20,330 nucleotides of DNA from Promethearchaeota archaeon (GTDB taxonomy: Archaea > Asgardarchaeota > Lokiarchaeia > Sigyniarchaeales > SOKP01). The DNA lies in assembly GCA_016930515.1 (NCBI GenBank), contig JAFGGO010000105.1, positions 1 through 20,330 of the forward strand, given 5' to 3'. Positions 8,941-17,796 of the stretch are shown piece by piece. The notes beneath the pieces were generated by a model that was not told where the DNA came from, made no database searches, and worked only from the letters and a program-made list of their open reading frames with translations. How positions within the stretch are numbered: the first letter of the stretch is position 1; every line of letters begins with the position of its first letter. Position numbers and translations under genes: made by a program.

Positions 8941-9340
8941 TTAAGTGAATAGCTTTCAGCAAATCTTTTTCAGAACTTGTTATGCTTGACAACTGAGATA
9001 TAAAAATGTGAAAATTAAAATGAGAAACATTGCAATCAACAGGTAACAGCAATCGAAATAATGGAATTTCCTAATAGAAAAGAAGGTAGAATAAAAAAGA
9101 CAACAGCCAATATACATGCAACAGCAGTAGATAATATTTCTCAATATCTTCGTAATTTAAATTGGCTTCATTCTTCCTCTCTCCAATTTCAAGCAACTTG
9201 ATCGTTGTTGTAATTCCAAAAATGATATATAAAAAGTTAAATAATCCAATAACAACTTTTGAAGCCTTGAATTCCTTGCCTTTAAAATAAAAATAGGGGG
9301 ATAAATCATTTCTGCACTAGTGATTTTTCTCCTCGTCCAG
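8941..9340 (-). pseudogene. Decayed ferritin-like + VIT1/CCC1 family membrane protein gene
   Basis: Pieces in several frames: LDEEKNH*; GKEFKASKVVIGLFNFLYIIFGITTTIKLLEIGE...NYEDI; TAVACILAVVFFILPSFLLGNSIISIAVT; LIAMFLILIFTF; FYISVVKHNKF*KRFAE. These resemble the N- and C-termini of rubrerythrin-VIT1 proteins; the middle is missing. Confidence 0.6.
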
Positions 9341-9395
9341 TAAATAAAAAAAGGATTAATAAATCTATCTTAGATTATAGAATAATTAATTAGCA

Positions 9396-10532
9396 CTATT
9401 CTGAAAACGCTTCTAATATATAATCGGTTATATATTTGCAGAGTTTATCCATCGAATTTTTATAGTTGGCATACCTGAAATTAAAGATACATAAGGGACA
9501 AGAGGATACGATTTCTTCAGTCTTAAGATTTCCAAGTGTTTTTTTCCCAATATTTATACTCAAGGTGCTATTTACGCCTCTAATTCCAGAACCCGCGCCG
9601 CAACAAGGGCAATCGTCGTGATTTTCGGATATTTCTTTCACATTCACGCCGCACTTCTTCAATATTTCTCTTGCCTCATGATAAAGTGGACCGTTTTTAT
9701 ACTTCCGCCCGAGTCTACAAGGATCGTGATAGGTAATTGACTTATTTAGGGATTTTAATTCGATTTTACCTTCTTTTTCAAGTTCATAAATGACATCTAC
9801 AACATGCCTGACTTTAATATCAAAGTCCTTAAAATATTTTCGATACACGGTATCAAAAGCGTATAAACATCCTCCACAAGTCACGATCAGATTTTTTACA
9901 CCGATTCTTCTAAACAAGTCAATATTTTCTTTAAATAATTGTTTGGAAAGCTCAATTTTACCCGTTGAATAAATATATTCCCCACAACAAGGTTCCTTTT
10001 TTAGAATTTTAAAATCGTAATTAGCATTTCTTAATATAATATAAGGTGCCAGTGCGCTTTCTTGAACGCGAAAAGAAGACATGCATCCTAAAAACAATAA
10101 AGTGTCAGATTCCTTCTCCTCAAAAGATTCCTGCTTCTTATAGTCTTCTGATAGCCAATTCAATCTTTCTTCTGCTATTCCTCCTACGGAGTTGCCCGCA
10201 TCCACGATTCCTTGGATAATTTTTTCGTGATTAGGTAATGGCCCCAATTTTTTACTTACCAACTTAACCTTAGTTGCGTGAACGATCTCTGAGATCTCGA
10301 TCTCTTGTTGACATTTTAGATCGCAAGCAGCACATAATGTACACGTGTAAATACCAATTATTTCTTCGTTTGAAACCTCCTGACCACTAAAAATCTTTCC
10401 CGCAATTTTTAACCTCCCACGAGGTGATTTAAATTCGTCTTGAGTGACTTGAAAAGTATCACAAAAATCCAAGCACAGCCCACATTCTATGCACGATTGA
10501 ACTTGGTTTAAAAGTAATTTTTCATCAAGCAT
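9396..10532 (-). CDS. Fe-S oxidoreductase (GlpC/HdrD-like; 2x[4Fe-4S] + two CCG domains)
   Basis: CIECGLCLDFC and CTLCAACDLKC; FLGC, EPCCG, TCGGC, YHDPC, CCGAG, SSCPLC. Confidence 0.9.
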   Translation of the reverse strand: MLDEKLLLNQVQSCIECGLCLDFCDTFQVTQDEFKSPRGRLKIAGKIFSGQEVSNEEIIGIYTCTLCAACDLKCQQEIEISEIVHATKVKLVSKKLGPLPNHEKIIQGIVDAGNSVGGIAEERLNWLSEDYKKQESFEEKESDTLLFLGCMSSFRVQESALAPYIILRNANYDFKILKKEPCCGEYIYSTGKIELSKQLFKENIDLFRRIGVKNLIVTCGGCLYAFDTVYRKYFKDFDIKVRHVVDVIYELEKEGKIELKSLNKSITYHDPCRLGRKYKNGPLYHEAREILKKCGVNVKEISENHDDCPCCGAGSGIRGVNSTLSINIGKKTLGNLKTEEIVSSCPLCIFNFRYANYKNSMDKLCKYITDYILEAFSE

Positions 10533-10538
10533 GCTCTT

Positions 10539-11774
10539 TCAAGTTTCGTTTATGTCTTTTTCTTTATTCAATACATCGATAAGTGTTTCAAATTGAACGA
10601 TTTCTATGTCTAAGAAATTGTTTTTAAATATTAAAGATGGCCCTTCATTTAGCGCTTTCTTTAAATAAATTTTATCGCATTTATTTGAGATCAACCAGTC
10701 AGCTACGAGAATTCCTTTCCTTTTTTCTTCGTATAGAAATTTATTCTCTACAATTTGTACACTGAGCAAATTAGCGTCTTTAAATTCTAAAAATCCGAAA
10801 TAATTGCTTTCTCCAAAATGATTTGCGATTTTGGAATTCAATCCGTCATTATTATCTAAAGGAATTGCGATTTTAATAATTTCTTTCTTTTCCCCACTTA
10901 TTATAATTATAATCTTAAAGATTAAAGGAAATTTCCTCATTATATCTTCACTTATAGATTTTTTTAAATTATTAATGCGAGAAATTGGAAAATTTTCTCT
11001 TATGCTAATCTCTAATTCAAGGAATATGTATTTTCCATAGGATCTAATGTCCATCTTTTCAATTTTTTCAATCTTTTGAGTTTTTTCAATCATATTCAAT
11101 AATTCCGTTCTCTGGTCAAAGTTGATTACTGCATCAAGTAAAGTTTTTGTTGAGGCAAGAAATATCTCGTACCCCCCTTTTATTATGAAAATGGATATAA
11201 TTAATGCTATTATTGAATCGAGAACTTGGAAATTGAAAAACACTCCAATAAATCCAAAGATAACAGAGGAGGATATGAAACAATCTAATAATTTCTCCCT
11301 TGCTTCTGATTTAATAATTGGAGAATTCACTTTTTTAGATATTATTTTCAGATATAAGGCTAAAATTAAGGTAGTTAAAAGCGATATTGCGATGAAATAA
11401 AATACGATAGGAGGTGCTTCAATATTTGTATGTTTACCATTAATAAAAGCAATGATACTTGAAATTGCAGCGACTATAATGTTATAAGCCGTGAAGAAGA
11501 TGAATAAAGAAATGATCAAACTGATTAGGTTTTCCATCTTATAATAACCGTAAGGAAATTTCTTGTTTGGTTTTCTCTTAGAAAAGAAAATACCAACAAA
11601 GGCAATTAAGCACATTACAACATCCGTCAGACTATCAAAAGCATCGGTTTGCAGTGCCAGACTATTTGTTAGAATACCAAAAATATATTTTGAAATAAAA
11701 AGAGTTAAATTTGTAATAAGTAGTACGAAATTAATAAAAACGGGTTGTTCGTAAAATTTATCTTTAGGTTTCAT
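10539..11774 (-). CDS. Cation diffusion facilitator (FieF-like) fused to a C-terminal NifB/NifX-family domain
   Basis: SLALQTDAFDSLTD, FPYGYYKME, six transmembrane segments, RSYG cytoplasmic domain, then KIAIP...HFGESNYF...EN...KG NifB/NifX-like motif. Confidence 0.88.
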   Translation of the reverse strand: MKPKDKFYEQPVFINFVLLITNLTLFISKYIFGILTNSLALQTDAFDSLTDVVMCLIAFVGIFFSKRKPNKKFPYGYYKMENLISLIISLFIFFTAYNIIVAAISSIIAFINGKHTNIEAPPIVFYFIAISLLTTLILALYLKIISKKVNSPIIKSEAREKLLDCFISSSVIFGFIGVFFNFQVLDSIIALIISIFIIKGGYEIFLASTKTLLDAVINFDQRTELLNMIEKTQKIEKIEKMDIRSYGKYIFLELEISIRENFPISRINNLKKSISEDIMRKFPLIFKIIIIISGEKKEIIKIAIPLDNNDGLNSKIANHFGESNYFGFLEFKDANLLSVQIVENKFLYEEKRKGILVADWLISNKCDKIYLKKALNEGPSLIFKNNFLDIEIVQFETLIDVLNKEKDINET

Positions 11775-11842
11775 TGAAATATTTCTTATTCTTTTTTAAA
11801 AATATTATAAGTATAATAGGAAAAGAGTCTATTTAAGGAATA

Positions 11843-11975
11843 TGAATAAATATTCAGAAAAACGATCCTAATTCCATTTTGAACCTAATGTCTCCGAAGT
11901 CGAATATTTATTCACAATGCTTTTAAGCCTTTTGTCTTTATACTTAATTAAGGCTGTTTTATGAATAATAATTCA
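11843..11975. promoter_or_regulatory. Three TGAAT-N4-ATTCA palindromes in the CDF/cdhA divergent promoter
   Basis: TGAATAAATATTCA (11843-11856), CGAATATTTATTCA (11901-11914), TGAATAATAATTCA (11962-11975). Confidence 0.55.
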
Positions 11976-12009
11976 TAGAACTAAAATAAATAGTACTAAT
12001 GATAAGATT

Positions 12010-14358
12010 ATGAGCAAGCAAGGAACTAGCATCAAAATAGATGAATATAAAGGACCGTTAGGTTTAATTAAAGGATTCGAATTTAGTGCTGGAAAAGTCT
12101 CAATGGGTGACGAAACAGAATGGGAACCAATGGGTCCCCATCCAAAGCCGCATATTCCGACATTAAGAAATTGGTTCTTTAAATTGATGGAAAGATACAA
12201 GCCTTTTTACATGCCAATCTGTGATATGTGTTGTTTATGTACTTATGGAAAATGTAATCTTTCAAAAGGGCGAACGGGCGCTTGTGGAATCAATATGGAA
12301 ACGCAACAAGCGAGAATTGTGGAAATAGCCTGTTGCATTGGAGCATCCTGTCACAGCGCTCATGGAGATCATCTTTTACATTGGTTAAAAGAAAAATATG
12401 GTAATGTTGCCATTAATTTTGGACATAATATTGCAGTTGAAATGCCATGTACAAGACTGATTGTTGGTATGAAACCCGAATGTTTGGAGGATTTGGAAAC
12501 CGCAATGGAATGGGTTCATTATACGATCACTCATTTATTAGCCGCGGGACACACGGGACAAGAATCTAACCATTTAGATTACGAATCTAAAGCTTTCTTA
12601 GCGGGTTTAGCTGATGCTGTAGGTATGGAGATATCTGATGCCGTACAAATTGCTGCCTATGGATTTCCAATGGGCGAACCCGATGTACCAATCATTGAGT
12701 TGGGAATGGGAACAATGGATTTTGAAAATAAGGCCTCAATTCTAATGATCGGACATAATGTCGCACCAGGAATTGAATTAGTAGATTACATGAGAGAAAA
12801 GGGATTAGAAGACAAGGTTGATGTGGGTGCAATTTGTTGTACAGCAATTGATCTAACCAGGTATTTTGATGGCGCTAAAGTTGTTGGTTCTCTCTCTCGA
12901 CAGATGTTTTATATCCGATCAGGACTTGCAGATGTTGTCATGGTGGATGAGCAATGCGTGAACCTCCGAAGTTATGAACAAGCAAAATTGGTAAACGCAC
13001 CATTTATTGCTACTAATGAAAAAAATATGGGTGGTTTACCCAACAGGACTGACGATCCTGCCGAGGAAATCATAGCTGATCTCGTGAGTGGAAAAAACGA
13101 CGGTGTTTTAATTTTAGATCCCATTAAAGCGGGTAAAGTAGCTGTTGAAACCGCAATAAAAGTAAAACCCATAAGGGCTGGAAAAAGTGGAGTTCCTGAT
13201 GAGAAAGGATGCATCGAAATGGCGATGAAATGCAATGGATGCGGAAATTGTCAAAGAAATTGTCCTAACGATCTGCCCATTGTTGAAGGTGTGAAACAAG
13301 CAAAGGAAGGGAACTTTAAAATTTTAGAGGAAGTTTTTGACTCTTGCCTGGATTGTGGACGATGCGAAACTGATTGCAAGAAAGAAGTTTCACCGTTAAC
13401 ATTAATAATGTTTGCTGCGCGAAACAAGATACGAAACGAAAAGTTTAACATGAGAGCTGGTCGAGGACCCATTCAAGATACTGAAATTCGAAATGTTGGT
13501 GCTCCGATTGTTTTAGGCGAAATTCCAGGAATTGTTGCGATAATCGGATGCGCAAATTACGCTAAAGAAATTCAAGAGCTTTACATGATGGCCGAAGAGT
13601 TTTTAACGAGGAATTACATCGTCGTAGTGTCTGGTTGTGGAGCCATGGATATCGGTCTTGTTAAGGACGATGAAGGAAAAACCCTTTACGACAGATTTCC
13701 AGGTACATTCGACAGGGGGGGTCTAGTAAATGTCGGAAGTTGCGTTAGCAACCCACACATCAACGGGGCTGCAATTAAAGTTGCCAATATTTTCGCAAGA
13801 CGCCCCTTACGAGGAAATTATGAGGAAATTGCAGATTACATCCTCAATCGTGTAGGTGCCTGCGGTGTTGCGTGGGGCGCAATGAGTCAAAAAGCAGCTA
13901 GTATCGCAAGTAGTTGCAACGGAATGGGCATTCCTGCTATATGTGGACCTCATTCGGCTGAATACAGAAGGATGTATCTTGGTAGATCTTACGATGAGGA
14001 AACATGGAAGGTTTATAATGCACGAGATGGAACGGCTAATCATTCAATAGGTCCAGGTCCAGAACATCTTTTAACAACGGCCGAATCCATAGAACAAGCC
14101 ATTTGTTTGACGGCAAAATTATGCTTAAGACCCGCAGATAACTCTAAAGGAAGAATGATTAAACTATCCCATTGGATCGATCTTGAACGCAAATATAAAG
14201 GCGTAGATTTTCCAAACGATTTAGAAAAATTCATCCGAGTCGAAGCTGACATTCCTATAGCAATGAAAGACGGTATAATGACATACTTGAAAGAAAAAGG
14301 TTGGAAACCAAAAGAACTTGTTGATCCTACCTTAATTGAACGTTTATGCCATAAATGA
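12010..14358 (+). CDS. cdhA: CO dehydrogenase/acetyl-CoA synthase complex subunit alpha (archaeal type)
   Basis: WEPMGP.PKP, CDMCCLCTYGKC..GACG, C-cluster ligands GHN, CCT, DEQC, GC, SGC, GSC, two extra ferredoxin motifs (CNGCGNCQRNCP, CLDCGRCETDC), and C-terminal DPT. Confidence 0.96.
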   Translation: MSKQGTSIKIDEYKGPLGLIKGFEFSAGKVSMGDETEWEPMGPHPKPHIPTLRNWFFKLMERYKPFYMPICDMCCLCTYGKCNLSKGRTGACGINMETQQARIVEIACCIGASCHSAHGDHLLHWLKEKYGNVAINFGHNIAVEMPCTRLIVGMKPECLEDLETAMEWVHYTITHLLAAGHTGQESNHLDYESKAFLAGLADAVGMEISDAVQIAAYGFPMGEPDVPIIELGMGTMDFENKASILMIGHNVAPGIELVDYMREKGLEDKVDVGAICCTAIDLTRYFDGAKVVGSLSRQMFYIRSGLADVVMVDEQCVNLRSYEQAKLVNAPFIATNEKNMGGLPNRTDDPAEEIIADLVSGKNDGVLILDPIKAGKVAVETAIKVKPIRAGKSGVPDEKGCIEMAMKCNGCGNCQRNCPNDLPIVEGVKQAKEGNFKILEEVFDSCLDCGRCETDCKKEVSPLTLIMFAARNKIRNEKFNMRAGRGPIQDTEIRNVGAPIVLGEIPGIVAIIGCANYAKEIQELYMMAEEFLTRNYIVVVSGCGAMDIGLVKDDEGKTLYDRFPGTFDRGGLVNVGSCVSNPHINGAAIKVANIFARRPLRGNYEEIADYILNRVGACGVAWGAMSQKAASIASSCNGMGIPAICGPHSAEYRRMYLGRSYDEETWKVYNARDGTANHSIGPGPEHLLTTAESIEQAICLTAKLCLRPADNSKGRMIKLSHWIDLERKYKGVDFPNDLEKFIRVEADIPIAMKDGIMTYLKEKGWKPKELVDPTLIERLCHK

Positions 14359-14393
14359 TCCATAAAAATATAATGATCCTTCTTTAGACATTT

Positions 14394-14454
14394 ATGTGAA
14401 TTGGTCTAAAACATTGTTGTTTTAGACCAATTTCACATTTCTATTTCTTTTTTT
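14394..14454 (+). terminator. Long hairpin plus T-rich tract after cdhA
   Basis: ATGTGAATTGGTCTAAAACA-ttgt-TGTTTTAGACCAATTTCACAT: 20-bp stem with a single 1-nt bulge, followed by TTCTATTTCTTTTTTT. Confidence 0.55.
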
Positions 14455-14558
14455 GAAATAAAGTACTTAAATATTAAAAAAAATTTTAAAAAATAACTCT
14501 AAAATTGCTTCCATATTGCAAAAAAAAAAAGGATAATTAAAACAAGAGGATAAAAAAG

Positions 14559-15359
14559 ATGTCTAATTTTCTTAATAAAACTTTTAAAGTATTAGAAAAA
14601 GGTTTAACCGACAAATCTCTTCCAAAAACACGAGAAGTATTGATTGGAAGAAAATTTATGGCGGTTTTATTGGAAAACTATTTAGGTGCATGTTATGGAC
14701 CCAGAACTTCTTTTCCTACCTGCAACATATTTGATAAACCAGGAGAATTAGATGAAATTTCTGTAATTGAATTAATCGAATACATAAATTCTGATGATTT
14801 AATTGAGAGAGCTATTGGGATTGCTAGCTTAAATGCCCTGAGCCAGTATTTTATCGATGAAAATAAGGAAAAATATAATTATTATTCAAACTTTAATTTG
14901 TTATCGTTTCTTCCGATATTACCAGAAAGTAGGGTAGGAATGGTCGGATTGATAGGGCCTTTTATAAATTACTTGAATGAAAGGGTTACGGAGTTAATCG
15001 TCATAGAAGATAATCCTCTCATCCCCCAGGGGAAAACCAAGCAAGGTTTTTTTGTATATCGAGATCTTGATGCTTTAGAAGACGTGGATATATTGATAAT
15101 AACAGGTTCTACTGTAATTGAGCATTCGATTGAAAAGCCATTAAACATTGCCAAGAGTGCAAACTTTAAAGTTGTAATAGGCCCAACATCGTCTTGGATT
15201 CCCGATGTTGCTTTTGCTCTCGGTTTTAACGCTGTTTGTGGTATGAAATTTTATGAACCAGAAAAAGCTTTCAGGATTATCATGCAAGGTGGTGGAACGC
15301 AATATTTCTCAAAATACGCAGATAAGTACACATTGACAAAAGAAAAAATTGAAAAATAG
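14559..15359 (+). CDS. DUF364 family Rossmann-like protein (putative heavy-metal chelation)
   Basis: ERAIGIASLNALSQ, VGMVG, IITGSTVI, VIGPTS and GGG motifs. Confidence 0.82.
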   Translation: MSNFLNKTFKVLEKGLTDKSLPKTREVLIGRKFMAVLLENYLGACYGPRTSFPTCNIFDKPGELDEISVIELIEYINSDDLIERAIGIASLNALSQYFIDENKEKYNYYSNFNLLSFLPILPESRVGMVGLIGPFINYLNERVTELIVIEDNPLIPQGKTKQGFFVYRDLDALEDVDILIITGSTVIEHSIEKPLNIAKSANFKVVIGPTSSWIPDVAFALGFNAVCGMKFYEPEKAFRIIMQGGGTQYFSKYADKYTLTKEKIEK

Positions 15360-15405
15360 AAAATAACCAAGTATAAATTACCTCAAGTGATTTTAATTTT
15401 TTCTT

Positions 15406-15816
15406 CTATTTACAGTTATTGCAATACCTAAAAAGTCTAATGTCTTGCTTAATTGGTTTGATATCGAATTCGGATGTTGTTAATTCCCAAAATTTCTTAA
15501 TTTTTTTTGAATAGAGATCTTCGATATCTCCACATATAGGACAAATAGCGTGGATGTGAAAGTTCGATTTGATTTCAAATCTTTGGGTGCCATCAACTTC
15601 TATTGGTGTTATCATGTTTAATTCTTCTAAAAGATGAAGAATCTGATAAACTGTTGACATGCTAATGTTAGAATGAATTTTACTAACTATATTAAATATA
15701 TCTTCAGCACATGGATGATTATCGCTTTTTATCACAGCGTCAAAAACTGCAAGCCTTTGAGGTGTAATTTTTAAGCCTCTTTTTTTAAAAATCGCTCTTA
15801 AGCTGTCTCTATCCAT
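15406..15816 (-). CDS. Fur-family repressor, probably PerR-like
   Basis: GLKITPQRLAV, HPCAEDI, STVYQIL, HIHAICPICG and YCNNC; divergent from a peroxiredoxin gene. Confidence 0.9.
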   Translation of the reverse strand: MDRDSLRAIFKKRGLKITPQRLAVFDAVIKSDNHPCAEDIFNIVSKIHSNISMSTVYQILHLLEELNMITPIEVDGTQRFEIKSNFHIHAICPICGDIEDLYSKKIKKFWELTTSEFDIKPIKQDIRLFRYCNNCK

Positions 15817-15876
15817 GTTTTAAAATAAATGATTATATTTTATAAAATTAGTTCTTATATAGAATAAAGTCCTAGC

Positions 15877-15891
15877 TAGTAATCATTATTA
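15877..15891. promoter_or_regulatory. Fur/Per-box-like 7-1-7 site TAGTAATCATTATTA
   Basis: Near-perfect 7-1-7 inverted repeat between the Fur-family gene and the peroxiredoxin; an SD-like GAGGT lies at 15915-15919. Confidence 0.5.
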
Positions 15892-15928
15892 AATCATATT
15901 TAATATTGAAAAACGAGGTAAAACCATT

Positions 15929-16594
15929 ATGAGCGAAAATATTGGAATTCCCTTACTTGGTGATGATTTTCCAGAAATGGAAGTTGTTACGACCCAAGGC
16001 GTGATGAAATTACCAGCTGATGCAAACGAAGGGGGAAAATATTGGTTTATATTGTTCAGCCATCCTGCTGATTTTACACCCGTGTGCACCACGGAGTTTC
16101 ACGCATTTGCCGTGAGAAATCAAAAGTTCCAGGAGTTAAATACAAGATTGATTGGTCTTTCTATGGATCAGGTATTTTCTCACATCAAATGGGAAGAATG
16201 GATTAAGGATAATCTGAAAGTAGAAATACCATTTCCAATCATTGCCGATCATGGCATTGTAGGCAAGAAGTTAGGCATGGTTCATCCAGGAAAAGGATCT
16301 AACACTGTAAGAGCCGTTTTCATTGTTGATCCACAAGGAAAAATTCGGCTTATCTTGTATTATCCTCAAGAAATAGGTAGAAACATGGACGAGATTCTTA
16401 GAGCTCTAAAAGCACTTCAAACCGCAGATAAAAACAAGGTGGCAACCCCTGCGAATTGGCCTAATAACGAGCTATTCGGAGATCACGTCATAATTCCGCC
16501 CGCTAAGGACGTGAAAACTGCCAAGGAAAGATTAGCCAACGCCGGAAAGGATTACGAATGTTTGGATTGGTGGCTCTGTCATAAAAAATTATAA
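15929..16594 (+). CDS. Peroxiredoxin, Prx6/archaeal TPx type
   Basis: [14 protein letters not shown] peroxidatic motif, [20 protein letters not shown], and C-terminal CLDWWLC. Confidence 0.95.
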   Translation: MSENIGIPLLGDDFPEMEVVTTQGVMKLPADANEGGKYWFILFSHPADFTPVCTTEFHAFAVRNQKFQELNTRLIGLSMDQVFSHIKWEEWIKDNLKVEIPFPIIADHGIVGKKLGMVHPGKGSNTVRAVFIVDPQGKIRLILYYPQEIGRNMDEILRALKALQTADKNKVATPANWPNNELFGDHVIIPPAKDVKTAKERLANAGKDYECLDWWLCHKKL

Positions 16595-16753
16595 TCTTTT
16601 CCATTTTTTATTTTCTAATTATTTATTTTTTTCTCTTATTTGATTTCTATCAAAAGGCTTATAATTTGCTCCATTAGATTGATATTGAATCAGATTAGTA
16701 GTAATTTTCCCGAATAAAAACCAATCTAACTTTGGATTATTTTACTTAATTAA

Positions 16754-16769
16754 ATAAGTAAATACTTAT
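16754..16769. promoter_or_regulatory. ArsR-type operator candidate ATAAGTAAATACTTAT
   Basis: 7-2-7 palindrome (ATAAG-N6-CTTAT) 26 nt upstream of the arsR-family start. Confidence 0.6.
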
Positions 16770-16795
16770 ACCTCTATGACTTATAATTACTTAAT

Positions 16796-17149
16796 ATGAC
16801 TGATCTTCTCGAACAACTGCCAAGAATTTTTAAAGCATTGGCTGATCCTACTAGATTAAAAATATTTCGACTATTAATGTTTAACGACGAAGATAAATTG
16901 AAAGTAATCGATCTTGCCGCAAAGATCGGTATATCTCAACCAGCGGCAACCCAACACATTAATATATTGAAAGAGCACAATCTTATTAAATCGAAACGCG
17001 AACAAAATATCAAGTATTACTACATCGATAAACAGGAATTTAATAGATTGAAAGAACTACTAAATAATGCCTTGGATATTTCTCTAATGAAATGCACATT
17101 CAAGGGAAAATGCATCGATTGTCCACGCAATAAAGATAGAGAAAAATAA
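16796..17149 (+). CDS. ArsR/SmtB family repressor with a Cys-rich C-terminal tail
   Basis: FKALADPTRLKI, ISQPAATQHINILK, and tail CTFKGKCIDCP. Confidence 0.92.
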   Translation: MTDLLEQLPRIFKALADPTRLKIFRLLMFNDEDKLKVIDLAAKIGISQPAATQHINILKEHNLIKSKREQNIKYYYIDKQEFNRLKELLNNALDISLMKCTFKGKCIDCPRNKDREK

Positions 17150-17203
17150 AAAGCAAGGTTTTGAATCCGCTTTTATCAAGGAAAAAACCATAGAAAGATT
17201 TAA

Positions 17204-17239
17204 ATATAAGTGAGTGCCTATATAAGCACAAGCTTATAT
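17204..17239. promoter_or_regulatory. Tandem ATATAAG-N6-CTTATAT operator candidates
   Basis: ATATAAGTGAGTGCCTATAT (17204-17223) overlaps ATATAAGCACAAGCTTATAT (17220-17239); same core as 16754-16769. SD GAGGTGA follows. Confidence 0.65.
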
Positions 17240-17262
17240 TGAGTACGTTGAGGTGAAAAATC

Positions 17263-17796
17263 ATGAAAGATAAAAATCATAAAACTATGTCCAATTTTGA
17301 TTTTAATTCGATGTCCGCAATTTTTGCGATAAGGGATTTATTTAACGATCCTATAAAAAAAATTAAGAAAGCTAAAATAGTCAAAGGTCAATATGTTTTA
17401 GATTATGGTAGTGGTCCTGGAGCCTACACAATTGCTGCAGCGAGAGTGGTTGGAGCTTCTGGTAAAGTATACGCAGCCGATATACATCCACTTTCTGCGA
17501 AAAAGGTCTTGAAGAAGGCTAAAAAAGTGGGACTCGATAACATAACAACAATCACAACCGATTGCCATACTGGCTTAGAAAATAACTCGATCGATGTGAT
17601 TCTATGTTTTGATATGCTCCATTTTGTAAACGATAAGCAAAAGATTTTTTCAGAATTCCATAGGGTGTTGAAGCCTAACTCAATTTTATCCTTAGATTGT
17701 CACCACATGAACGATATTAAGAACCAAGTAGAAGGATCTGGATTATTTAAACTTGTAGAACAAATCGAAAAAACATCTAATTTCCATAAAATATGA
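17263..17796 (+). CDS. Class I SAM-dependent methyltransferase
   Basis: VLDYGSGPG motif I, VYAADI, DVIL..D.LH, and EFHRVLKP. Confidence 0.9.
   Translation: MKDKNHKTMSNFDFNSMSAIFAIRDLFNDPIKKIKKAKIVKGQYVLDYGSGPGAYTIAAARVVGASGKVYAADIHPLSAKKVLKKAKKVGLDNITTITTDCHTGLENNSIDVILCFDMLHFVNDKQKIFSEFHRVLKPNSILSLDCHHMNDIKNQVEGSGLFKLVEQIEKTSNFHKI

Noticed and set aside
11843-11975. CRISPR-like array from ~60-bp-spaced repeats
   Set aside because: The units are only 14 bp, non-identical and three in number, with no cas genes; operators fit better.
14356-14373. cdhA ending C-H-K-TGA followed by a hairpin, read as selenocysteine plus SECIS
   Set aside because: The stop is at the normal CdhA C-terminus, read-through adds only SIKI, and the hairpin is fully Watson-Crick with no GA/GA core.
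17148-17174. AAAAGC...GCTTTT hairpin after the ArsR gene as a terminator
   Set aside because: Short, weak stem; too uncertain to call.
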